A stretch of 63,997 bases of DNA, counting the filler, from Candidatus Woesearchaeota archaeon (GTDB taxonomy: Archaea; Nanobdellota; Nanobdellia; Woesearchaeales; B72-G16), in assembly GCA_003650545.1 (NCBI GenBank). It is 21 parts of 21 records of this genome, joined end to end, with 100 filler letters (N's around TTAATTAATTAA, not from the genome) between each part and the next. Parts side by side here need not be neighbours in the genome. Positions count along the whole stretch, not along the records: positions 19,926 to 23,070 come from QMQO01000112.1; positions 23,171 to 26,314 come from QMQO01000113.1; positions 26,415 to 29,412 come from QMQO01000114.1; positions 29,513 to 32,445 come from QMQO01000115.1; 17 more parts are not named here. One strand, given 5' to 3'. The notes below the pieces were generated by a model, which ran no database searches, had not been told where the DNA came from, and saw nothing but the letters and a program-made list of their open reading frames with translations. The position numbers were made by a program, and so were the translations under genes. Below, one piece after another: positions 19,826 to 30,470 of this stretch (position 1 is its first letter; each line of letters opens with the position of its first letter).

Positions 19826-20072
19826 NNNNNNNNNNNNNNNNNNNNNNNNNNNNNNNNNNNNNNNNNNNNTTAATTAATTAANNNNNNNNNNNNNNNNNNN
19901 NNNNNNNNNNNNNNNNNNNNNNNNNTATAATGAAGGCAAATGAAATTTTTACAATTCCTCCCCAGATTTAACAATGAAGATCTCTGTATATCTTAAGAGG
20001 TAAAGTGTTCGATATTCTAGACTATTATGTTTCAAGCTATAGTATTTTGTAGGACATAGTTATTAAATTCTA

Positions 20073-21995
20073 ATGGGAGGCTACATGGCTAAAGCTATGG
20101 TGTTGCTGTTTAAGGGTGCTAAGACTATAATTAGTGTTCTTTGCATTGTCCTAATTGCTTTACTGATAATGCAAATGCTGTATGCATCGCCATTGTTAGC
20201 AGAGGGTAGCATTACTCATACTGATAACTCCATATATGGTCTCTACACGATTCATAGATACGGAAATGTAACCCTGCTTCTACTAAATACGTCTGCTTTA
20301 AGGTATATGGACGGCTTCTGGATCGCTACATTAGGGGATGTTGATAGGATCGATATTGCTGAGAAGATCCTTAATATAGTTGGCGATAATGTTGTGCAAT
20401 GCGCAGACATCGTTATAGAGAATGGCGAGCCACGAACACTACGAGGCAACCTATCTAGAGATATCTCTAAGATCGTGACTATGCTTGTGAATGAGGGTTT
20501 GAAAAACGGCAAGCTCAGAATCAGTACTCTCAGCAGTGGCTCTCTATGGCTACGGATAGACCGTAGAAGCGTTAACGAGTTAGGTGTTGAGAGGCTCGTT
20601 AAAGCTATCACCGGTGCTGTTCCTGGGAAGAGAGTTATAGTTCAAGAGGTTGTTAGCCTCGGTAGAGCACCATCGTACTTCGATGCTCAGGATATGTATG
20701 AATCCTTTATAGCGATACCGTGCTTCACATCGCTTGCGGAAACACCTTATGGACTAGTAATAGTGTTCAACCAGAGATGCGCTCAGAGAATAGCAAACCA
20801 AACCAATACCTCTCTGGACCAGGTTGTAGAAGATATAGTGGGTAAGCTACGGGATGCAACACCGCTACTGAGAAGATACATACCCTGTAAGGAATTCCTA
20901 GTGATCTTCACAAACGTATATCCATCAATACCTCTAGTTGCAGAACCAAGAGATATTGCAAAGGTTAAGACAGAACCAGGCAATGAAACTAATGGTGAAA
21001 CCTATACTGCTGTAATCAGTGAGCAAAACCGTTTAAAACCATGGATAATTAACGATTATGGAAGCCTCGTTGTTATCAGAGTGAATAGGTCAATGTTTAA
21101 AAACCTCGGTAATGGCTTCTGGCTGATTGTGCTACCCGACATGAAGTATAGTGAATTTGATGATATAGCACTTAACCAGGTAGAACCATACCTCGACACA
21201 GGAGGGGCAGGGGCAGAGGTTATACTTCATGTGATATGGTCAGGGGAGACCTATGTTGTTAAGGTTAACGAGACTAGAAGCTCAAGCAGAGATCTTGAGG
21301 AGATTCATAAACGTATCAAGGAGTTCTTAAATGACCTTAGCTGTAGGGGTCTAACATCGGCAGAGATGAAGTTGTTTATCAAAGACAACATCACCCACAT
21401 ATTAGTTGGGGGCATTGGCGAGCTAGGTATTGATGAGTTTGCTAAGCTAGCTCATCAGTACTTTAAGGACTTTAGCAAGAGAATTATTGTTGTGGAGAAA
21501 TTTGGTTGGCTACCGCCTGGAAGCCCCTATCAGCGTATTGAAATGCTTGAGACTCTAGGTAAGGTTCCGTGCTTCTTCTCTTTCGGTGAAGCAGTATATG
21601 GTACATCAATAATATTCAACGCTACATGCATTAAGGAACTAGCTGAGAAGAACAATACGGCCTTCAATGAAGCTGTAGAGTACATTGTTGGGGAGGTAAA
21701 GGAGTTGGACCCGCTGATAAGGAGGTATCTGCCATGGCAGGAAATACTCATACTGGTAGCTAAAACACCAAAACTAATAATGCCTGTAGGTACAACATCA
21801 ACTAATACAAGCAAGCCATCATCTGAAGTACAAGTAGAAACCGCGCAGACGGAGAAGCAACCGCAAAACGCCACAGCTACAACAACTCAACATAAAGAAG
21901 GATATACAATACCTCACCAGTTAATGCTGATTACGCTACTAATGATCGTAACAGTAAGTATTATTACGGCAGTCGTAATTAGATATAAATCGTGA
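20073..21995 (+). CDS. Secreted or membrane-anchored protein with two tandem homologous domains, a Thr-rich linker and a C-terminal TM
   Basis: Duplicated motifs GFW...PCF.S..E..YG..I.FN..C...PL.RRY.P..E.L. Confidence 0.7.
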   Translation: MGGYMAKAMVLLFKGAKTIISVLCIVLIALLIMQMLYASPLLAEGSITHTDNSIYGLYTIHRYGNVTLLLLNTSALRYMDGFWIATLGDVDRIDIAEKILNIVGDNVVQCADIVIENGEPRTLRGNLSRDISKIVTMLVNEGLKNGKLRISTLSSGSLWLRIDRRSVNELGVERLVKAITGAVPGKRVIVQEVVSLGRAPSYFDAQDMYESFIAIPCFTSLAETPYGLVIVFNQRCAQRIANQTNTSLDQVVEDIVGKLRDATPLLRRYIPCKEFLVIFTNVYPSIPLVAEPRDIAKVKTEPGNETNGETYTAVISEQNRLKPWIINDYGSLVVIRVNRSMFKNLGNGFWLIVLPDMKYSEFDDIALNQVEPYLDTGGAGAEVILHVIWSGETYVVKVNETRSSSRDLEEIHKRIKEFLNDLSCRGLTSAEMKLFIKDNITHILVGGIGELGIDEFAKLAHQYFKDFSKRIIVVEKFGWLPPGSPYQRIEMLETLGKVPCFFSFGEAVYGTSIIFNATCIKELAEKNNTAFNEAVEYIVGEVKELDPLIRRYLPWQEILILVAKTPKLIMPVGTTSTNTSKPSSEVQVETAQTEKQPQNATATTTQHKEGYTIPHQLMLITLLMIVTVSIITAVVIRYKS

Positions 21996-22154
21996 TTTTA
22001 TTAGAACCGAATAATACGTGCTAAATTCATCGCTATTACACATGCTTTACTACTTAGTCATGAATTCGTGTTGACTCTATGAGTGTTCGAGGTTTCCGAC
22101 ATTTACGTTCTAAGAACTAGGTTTTACAGATAGGTTGTCTAAGTTTATCTTGGA

Positions 22155-23070
22155 GTGACAATAATGTTAAGGTATGTTATTGCCTTAGTTTTTATAGTGT
22201 TAGTTGCCTTAGCCAGTGTAGTGTACTATTACTATTCACAGCATAGTATTAACCAAGTAACATTCCCTATTAATGAGAGTGTTGAATCTGGGACCACTGC
22301 ACAGAGCGATGGGGCTTGGTACGATGATGTCGCAGTAAGGATTAATTACACCGTTATTGATGATCCTGAAACACTATCGATTACTAGGGAATTCATTAAG
22401 GCATCTCTTCCGCTTCCGACACATCTTGATAAGAAGAGGGTAATTGATTGGCTTAATACAGACATAGCCGTTCTAAAGGTGATTGTGGAACTTGTTAACA
22501 ATGGCGATAAGCCTATATACTACATAACTAATGCTTTTTGCGAAGTATGCTTTAATGCTACAGTACGTGATCATAGATTTGAGCCTGTTACATGGAAAGT
22601 TGAAGACCCAATTACATTACTAAATATCACTACAGAAGAAGGTGACATATTCCCATTAACTATATCATGTACACTAGATCTAAAGTATAAGAAAGTAGTA
22701 CCCAAGTCAAGTATTGCTAATGAGTTCTACTACATAGTCACAAACCATTCAGAGGAATAATAAGAGCTCTAGCAACTATATGCCCCGAACCATTCAGTAA
22801 TGAATGCAGAACGATAGAGAGTTATGTACCTGTATACGTAGCTAATGCTAGTAGTATTGATGTTCCCGGACTAGTTGGAAGAATTAATGATTTCACGTTG
22901 AATTTGTATGGTGTGTTTCTAGAGAAGTATTGGAGTAGAAACGTCGTGGTATCTCCTTTCAATGTCTACGTAGCGTTAACGTTACTTTATGAGGGTGCTA
23001 ATGGGAGTACTAGGGAGGAGTTAGGTAGTGTTATGGGTTTAACTAACGTTAGTGTGCATGAAGCTTACCA
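22155..23070 (+). CDS. Membrane-anchored domain plus serpin domain, split by a frameshift at about 22724-22757 (3' truncated)
   Basis: The -1 frame is open from about 22724 into INDFTLNLY...NVVVSPFNVYVALTLLYEGANGSTREEL, a serpin N-terminal signature. Confidence 0.65.
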
Positions 23071-23170
23071 NNNNNNNNNNNNNNNNNNNNNNNNNNNNNN
23101 NNNNNNNNNNNNNNTTAATTAATTAANNNNNNNNNNNNNNNNNNNNNNNNNNNNNNNNNNNNNNNNNNNN

Positions 23171-23293
23171 TCTGGTAATGGTAATGATGTGAGTCAGGGT
23201 GTCCGTAGTTTAAGTCCGTTGTATCGTAGAGGGGTATTGAATGGTCGAGGGGTATTGGAGTTTGTTCAGGTGAATAATCGGATACGTCGGACA
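23171..23293 (+). repeat. 123-bp exact direct repeat, copy 1 (copy 2 at 26192-26314); period 3021 bp = 1007 codons
   Basis: Both contig ends read tctggtaatggtaatgatgtgagtcagg...gatacgtcggaca. Confidence 0.95.
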
Positions 23294-26200
23294 GGTTTTA
23301 GTGATTTTCCTGTTGATGAGTTGAATGTGTATATGGTGTTACGTACGAGTGATAGTGGTGATGGTATATTGTCATATGCGGTGAGTGGTAGTGATAATGA
23401 GTATTTATTATTTAACAGTTCGAATGTGAATATATATGTGAATAGTAGTAATGTGTCTAGTGGAGTAGCTGTGAATGATAATAGTTGGCATATATTGGGC
23501 ACGAGTTGGCGTAGTAGTGATGGAAGGATAAGGTTGTATTTGAATGGAGGTTGTCGTTATGAGGGTAGTGGTTCGAGTAGTTCGTTGAGTAGTGGGGGTT
23601 GTTTAGCGTTAGGTGGGGAGCAGGATGCGGTGGATGGTGGTTATAGTAGTACACAGGATTATGATGGTTATATGGGCGAGGTGATACTATATAATCAGGA
23701 GTTGAATGATGCTCAGCGGGTGATAGTGGAGAATTATTTAAGTTCGAAGTATGGTATAAGTTTGGATAGTAATGATGTGTATAGTTTGGATAGTTTGTAT
23801 GGTAATGATGTAGCAGGGATAGGGGATGCAGGGGGTATATCGAATAAGCATTTACGTGCGCAGAGTGGAGGGATGTTGCTGGTGAGTAGTCCGAGTGCAT
23901 TGGATAGTGGAGAGTATTTATTGTTTGGTCATAATGATAGTAGTTTGAGTGAGTGGGATAGTGTGCTGAGTCCTTCTAATAGTGCGATGTTGAAGCGGGT
24001 GTGGCGGATGGATGAGACGGGAGATGTAGGTTTGGTGAGTATAACGGTTGATACGTTGTTATTTCCTAGTCGTCCGAATGGTAGTAGTGATTATGTGGTG
24101 TTATTGGATGGTGATGGAGATTTTAGTGGTGGTAGTGAGAAGTATTTATTGAGTTATGATGTGGGTAGTAGTTATCGTGTGGATGGAGTTGATGTATGGG
24201 ATAGTGTGTATGTAGGGATAGGAGTATTGTTACCGGAGGTAAATTTTAGGTTGAGTAGTTCGAATGGTAGTGAGGGAGTGAGTCCAGCGTATATAGAGGT
24301 GGAGTTGAGTGATGCGTTGAGTGGTACGGTGAGTGTGAGTTATCAGGTGGTGGGAGGTAGTGCGACGGGAGGTGGAGTGGATTATAGTTTGAGTAGTGGT
24401 AGTGTTGTATTTTTGCCGGGTAGTGTGTTGGAGACGGTGAGTGTAGTGATAGAGGAAGATGTTGAGATAGAGTTAGATGAGACGATAGAGATAGGCTTGA
24501 GTGGAGTGGTGGGGGCTCGTTTAGGTAGTGATAGTGTACATGTGTATACGATAAATGATAATGATGAGGTAGGGAGTGTAGGGCCAGGGGGTGTAGGTGA
24601 TAGTAGTAATTTATTGTTATGGTTACGGGGAGATGATTTGAGTGATTCGAGTGATGGGTCTGGAGTGGGTTTATGGCCGGATACCTCAGGTAATGGGAAT
24701 GATGCGGTGCAGTTGACAGCTGGTTATCGGCCGGTTTATAAGGATACGGTGTTAAATGGTCATGGGGTGGTACGGTTTGGAGGTACTGATGATCGTTATG
24801 AGGATATATTTAGTTTGAGTAGTCAGAGTATGACGATATTTACGGTATTTAGTCATGATATGTTGAGTGGTGGGACAGGTAGTGAGAATGGTCCTGTGTG
24901 GCAGTTAGATAAGGTGAATGGGAGTGGTTTTTTTCCGTATTGGACGGATGGTAATCAGTATTTGCATTATGGAGGGGATTGGTTGAGTAAGGGTTCGGAG
25001 TTTAATCGAGGTGAGTGGTATATAGGTATGGTACGTTATGGTACGGATACGACGGAGTTATGGAAGGATGGGGTATGGAATGATGGTATAGGTAGTAATA
25101 CGGTTAGTTTAGGGGATTTTCAGTTGGGTTGTCGGGTGAGTAATGGTGATTATTATAAGGGAGATATAGCGGAGGTGATATATTATAATCGGTATTTGAA
25201 TGATGCTCAGCGTGTGTTAGTGGAGAATTATTTATCGAGTAAGTATGGTATAGTGATAGGTGGAGATGATCGTTATGCGTTTGATACGTTGTATGGGGAG
25301 GGAGTAGCAGGTATAGGTCATGCGGGTGGTAATTCATATCATACGTCGGCTTGGAGTGGAGGAGGGGTGTTGCGGTTGAGTAATGCGAGTGATTTAGATA
25401 GTAGTGAGTATTTATTGTTTGGTCATAATGGAGATAGTTTGAGTAGTTGGAGTAGTGTTGGGGCGCCGTCAGGAGTACGTTTGTTATTGAGTCGGGTATG
25501 GCGGTTGGATGAGACAGGAGATGTGGGTCGGGTGACGGTTACGTTGGATACTAGTTTGTTACCAGCTCGGCCTAGTAAGTCAACGGATTATGTGTTGTTG
25601 TTAGATAGAGATTTAGATTTTAGTATAGGTGCGGTGGAGTCAGTATTTAGTTTGGATAGTGGTAGTATATATAGTGTGGATAATGTAGAGGTATGGGATT
25701 CGTTATATATGCGGATAGGGGTATTAGTTCCTGAGGCGAGGTTTAAGCTGAGTAGTGGTAGGGGTTGGGAGTCAGTAAGTCCAGTGAAGGTGGAGGTTGA
25801 GTTAAGTTCAGGTTATAGTGATACGGTGCGTGTGGTGTATGGTGTGAGTGGAGGTAGTGCGACGGGTGGAGGGGTGGATTATAGTTTATTGGGTAGTGAT
25901 ACATTAGAGTTTGTACCGAGGGATATATCGGAGACGTTGTATATAAGTATAGTGAATGATGATAGTTTAGAGATAGATGAGACGATACGTTTAACGTTGT
26001 TGGAGGTGGTAGGAGGAGTGATAGGTTTAGGTAGTGATACGGTGTATGAGTATACGATACGAGACAATGATAATCCAGGTTATGTAGGCCCTGGAGGAGT
26101 GGGAGATAGTATGATGAATGTGTTGTGGTTGCGAGGTGATGATTTAAGTGATTCTAGTGATGGTGATACGATAGGTGTGTGGTATGATACATCTGGTAAT

Positions 26201-26314
26201 GGTAATGATGTGAGTCAGGGTGTCCGTAGTTTAAGTCCGTTGTATCGTAGAGGGGTATTGAATGGTCGAGGGGTATTGGAGTTTGTTCAGGTGAATAATC
26301 GGATACGTCGGACA
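23171..26314 (+). CDS. Internal part of a giant repetitive surface protein (LamG/pentraxin plus Calx-beta units); no start or stop on the contig
   Basis: Pentraxin-like LALGGEQD; Calx-beta GSATGGGVDY...D..E.DETI...YTI.DND; two homologous units of about 500 aa. Confidence 0.85.
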
Positions 26315-26674
26315 NNNNNNNNNNNNNNNNNNNNNNNNNNNNNNNNNNNNNNNNNNNNTTAATTAATTAANNNNNNNNNNNNNNNNNNNNNNNNNNNNNN
26401 NNNNNNNNNNNNNNGCCACACAGATCTCATTTTCAATATATTTTTATAGAGGATGTGCTCCTCCTCTATGCTTTGTATTTCTTAAAAGAAGCTGTATAAC
26501 GATATGTTAAGCGTGATTGCGTATAGCAGGCAACTGCACTTCTAACGCTACATAGCATGGTTATTACTCACATCGATTTAGGTTATATTTATCACTCCTT
26601 AATTTAAGCCTAGTGCTAAGACTTGATTATAGACTAGCGGTGGTAACATGTTGTCAATAAATAATGATACAGTA

Positions 26675-27028
26675 CTAGTCATAGACCTCTATGTGTTCGT
26701 GTTCTATGACTACGAGTAGCCCAGACTTTGGCTCTAGCTGTTTGGCTATAGAGGCTATTCTCTTAGCTAGTCTTGATATTTCACCTCTAGAAGGTTGGTA
26801 TGAAATGTAGATCACTCCATTTCTTGCCAGGGATAGAAGGCTTGGCGTAGTAAAATCAGAATCTCTTGTCAGTATTGTTCGTCTAAGCTCATTTGCCGTA
26901 TTAATTAACTCTTTATCGCTAATGCCTCTTAAGTCTAAGTCTTGCAGTCGTATAGTATCCACGTTAAGCTCCTTTAAAATGGTTGCCAGCTTCCTTGGTA
27001 TATTTTCATCCACTAAGAGTCTCAGCAA
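26675..27028 (-). CDS. DUF5615 PIN-like toxin (VapC45-like)
   Basis: LLVDENIP, SDKELI, ILTRDSDF. Confidence 0.88.
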   Translation of the reverse strand: MLRLLVDENIPRKLATILKELNVDTIRLQDLDLRGISDKELINTANELRRTILTRDSDFTTPSLLSLARNGVIYISYQPSRGEISRLAKRIASIAKQLEPKSGLLVVIEHEHIEVYD

Positions 27029-27263
27029 CTACCATAACCCTCTTTAACGCCTTAGACGCGAACTTCAATGCCTCATACACTGCTTCTAAAGGTATCTCAA
27101 ACTCCTCAGCAACCTCCTCGGGTTTCCAGCCAACAGCAAGCATCTCTAGAATATCGTCAACAGACACTCTCGTACCTTTAACAGTAGGCCTACCGCCACG
27201 TCGGCCAGGAACGATCTCGAGCCACTTATAGCCAGGTAATACAACCATTTCAACCACCGCCAA
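27006..27263 (-). CDS. DUF433 antitoxin
   Basis: PGRRGGRPTVKGTRVSVDDIL..LA.G...EEVAEEF; overlaps the PIN gene. Confidence 0.9.
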   Translation of the reverse strand: MAVVEMVVLPGYKWLEIVPGRRGGRPTVKGTRVSVDDILEMLAVGWKPEEVAEEFEIPLEAVYEALKFASKALKRVMVVAETLSG

Positions 27264-28139
27264 GTAGTGTTATCAGATGCTATCCTTTTATTCATTTGGT
27301 TTTAAGGAAGGGTTCGACCAATCTTTAACCCAGTATTATTTCCTTAAGAATTACTATTTAAGATTCCAAATCTCTTTTCTTACCTAGTATTTCTGAAAAG
27401 CATGCCTAAATGGCTCACTCCTTGGTATAATCTATCTTGTATGTCTTAGTGCTAGCTTCATCTACACCTCTTTACGCTGGACTTTTTAAGGATTTTACGA
27501 CTTCCATAGCTATACATTCGGTATGTACATGGTTAGCTGTCCCAACTATCTAGAGTATGAAAACTATGCCTAACTGTCTTAGATTACTATCAGTTAATGA
27601 GACATAAGAGCTGGTTTCCGGAGCCAGAGACCCCTAGACCCAAATCCCCGCAAGCCCACCACCTTAAACACCTCTTTTAAGTCTTGTCCTCAGATATTTA
27701 TACCGCCTTGGTCGCTTATCTCACGATGTCCACGTGCTTACCGTTGTACTTCCACAACACCATCTTGCCGCCCGCAACTTAGCAACTACGCTGCCATCAT
27801 GAGCATAATCTAGACACTTATCACTACACTATAACTATAGACTGTTACCGCATCACTTAACATGTTATACATGCCCGCACTGCTACCATTAAACATGCGA
27901 AATAGTAGCCTAGGCTGGTATAGAGTTAGTGAGCCTTCTTTATAATGATTCTTCTGTTTTATGTAGAAATATACTGTTTGTTTATCTATTTTTATCTAGT
28001 CAACTCTTTCATTTTATTCTATTATTATTGTGTAGAGCATCATGAATTTATATAGCTACTTAAATAAGCAAAATAATCCAAAGCAGGGCATAAAACTAAT
28101 TTGCGACAATTACTATTGGTCATTAAAGGGCAATAGGCA

Positions 28140-29275
28140 ATGACGTCTAGGCTAATAATAGTATCCAACCGCCTCCCTATACGTGTTTTGAGAAAGAATG
28201 GAGAAATAATGCTTGAGCATAGTACTGGTGGTCTCGCTACAAGCTTAGCGGCTTTGCATTCAAGAAAACCTAGTATCTGGATACATGGAGAAATGAAATA
28301 CTACGGGGCCTCCTAGGTGCAGATCTCATAGGCTTTCATGCATATGATTACGTCAGGCATTTTCTTAGTTCTGTTCGCCGTTTATTAGGTATAGAGAATA
28401 CCCTTGGTAGAATACATTTCGATGGTAGAGTGGTGCTCGTTGATGCTTTTCCCTTAGGAATAGATTTTGAGCACTTTACTAAAATTTTAACAGAAGAAAG
28501 GGTTAAAAAGAAGGTTAAAGAGTATCATGAGGCTTTCAAGAACCTTTATGTGATATTCCCGTTAGATAGGCTTGATTATACAAAGGGCATACCTCAGAGA
28601 CTTAAAGCCTACGAGTTATTCCTGGCAAAATACCCTAATTATCGGGGCAAGGTTGTGCTTGTACTAGTTATTTCACCTTCTAGGACGGGCGTTAAGGAGC
28701 ATACCGTATTGAAAAAGGAAATAGATGAACTCGTAGGTAAGATTAATGGTAAATATTCAACGCTGAATTGGAATCCTATAATATATATGTATAAGTACAT
28801 ACCATTCGAAGATTTATTAGCGCTTTACCAGATCGCGATGTAGCTTTAATAACACCGCTACGGGATGGCATGAATCTGGTATCAAAAGAATATGTGGCAG
28901 CCAAGACTGATGGAAGAGGTAGCTTAATTCTAAGCGAAGGAGCAGGTGCTGCATCAGAGCTTGTAGAAGCCATAATAGTAAACCCAAATAATATCAATGA
29001 GGTTACTGAGGCAATACGCCAAGCTCTAGAAATGAATGATAAAGAAAGAGTTATGAAAATGCTTGCAATGCGGGAACGGATACGCCGATACAACGTTTAC
29101 CGATGGGCTGAGGGCTTTCTTGAAAGACTGAATGAAATTAAGAAAGAGCAAGTGAAGCTAAGGGCAAGAGTATTAACTAGTAAGGTAGTGAAAGATATTA
29201 TACGAGACTACTGTAAGGCAAAGAATAGGCTTATACTACTAGACTACGACGGAACACTAGTGCCTATACAAGACA
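28140..29275 (+). pseudogene. Degraded bifunctional trehalose-6-phosphate synthase/phosphatase
   Basis: RLIIVSNRLP..GGLA, then a large deletion, GLLGADLIGFH, DRLDYTKGI, frameshift at about 28830, RDGMNLVSKEY, and HAD motif LDYDGTL cut off at about 29275. Confidence 0.85.
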
Positions 29276-29412
29276 CCGTTCGCCCGAGGGCGGTAGGTTA
29301 GGGTGTTTTGGGGTCATTTAAGGGTGTTGCTCTCGGGTTTATCATGGTCTCCGTCGACCCCTTTACCGCCCTCCTTGAGCGGTTCTCGAAAACACGGGGT
29401 CACTAAGCATGA
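29276..29412 (-). mobile_element. Probable 3' end of an inserted element (IS200/IS605-like right end or omegaRNA region)
   Basis: GC-richer foreign sequence interrupts the phosphatase domain; complementary segments GAGGGCGGTA/TACCGCCCTC; resemblance to crenarchaeal tnpB 3' ends is from recall only. Confidence 0.4.
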
Positions 29413-29512
29413 NNNNNNNNNNNNNNNNNNNNNNNNNNNNNNNNNNNNNNNNNNNNTTAATTAATTAANNNNNNNNNNNNNNNNNNNNNNNNNNNNNNNN
29501 NNNNNNNNNNNN

Positions 29513-30387
29513 CTCTTTGGTGGTATGTCGGCCACCATTAAATAACGATCCTCTTGGTAAGAGGGAACAAAATGCAGAGGATCTGAGTCGCAGCGCGCCG
29601 ACTTGGATGACTTCGCGTCCAGAGTTGGATAGTCCATTTGGTTAAACCACTCTTCCAGCGTGATCCAAGGGCAAAGGCCGTCTTCAGGTATCTCAGCGTG
29701 CGTTGGTCGGGGTAAAGGCAATAAACCCTGTGTTTCGGTTTGCTTGACACACGGTTCGTCCGCCCGAATAGCAACGAGAATGGCTCGATTGCGATCCTGG
29801 GGCACTCCATAGTCCGCCATTTGAACGAGCGTTGAAAAGATGCGATACTCTGACCCCAAACTACGCTCGAAGATTTCCACGAGTTCGCGAGGCTCCTCAC
29901 TTTCTTCAATACACACTACTCGCTGCAATACTTGTGGTACGTTCTCGACCACTGTCATCCTGGGTTTCAGTTCCTTTATTACGGGAATGGAGGCCAGCAA
30001 AAGCAAATTGCGCTCGTCATTTGTACTGGGATCCTTGACCTTGCCACGGCTGGGGTTCGAACTGCTCAAGCCCTGGCAAGGCGGGGTAACGCTGACGAGC
30101 GCTGGAGGCTTTTGGGTTCGCTCTTGGTACTTAGAGACCACCTCCTCCCAAGTCTTCCAAAGATCGCCTATCACACAAATAGAGTCGGGAAAGTTTCTAG
30201 TGCAAAGTTCGGCTCTGTTCGGTTCGAGTTCCGAATGCACCAAGAATTGGAAGCCAGCCAGTTCATACCCGAGGTCGCTCAGACCAGCGCCGGAAAAAAG
30301 AGAAATGGCTGGGAGCTTTTTGTATTGGTCAGATTCGCGCTCTCGAAACAAGAAGGAACGTGCGCTTGGTACTTGGGATCTAGACAT
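29513..30387 (-). CDS. DNA (cytosine-5) methyltransferase (3' truncated)
   Basis: Motif I SLFSGAG, IV PPCQGLS, VI VENV, VIII YGVPQDRNR. Confidence 0.93.
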
Positions 30388-30470
30388 TGACCTTCCTTTC
30401 GAGTCCGTTTCTACTTTCTGTTGAAAGCATACTGTGACTGATGGGCTTGTCGAACCTCTACCGAGCTTCC

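Noticed and set aside
23457..25337. His/Tyr/Asn/Pro-rich minus-strand ORFs
   Set aside because: Antisense artefacts of the G/T-rich coding strand.
27264..28139. Long AT-rich region without ORFs, checked for an RNA gene or array
   Set aside because: No tRNA, rRNA or repeat structure recognised; probably decayed sequence next to a pseudogene.
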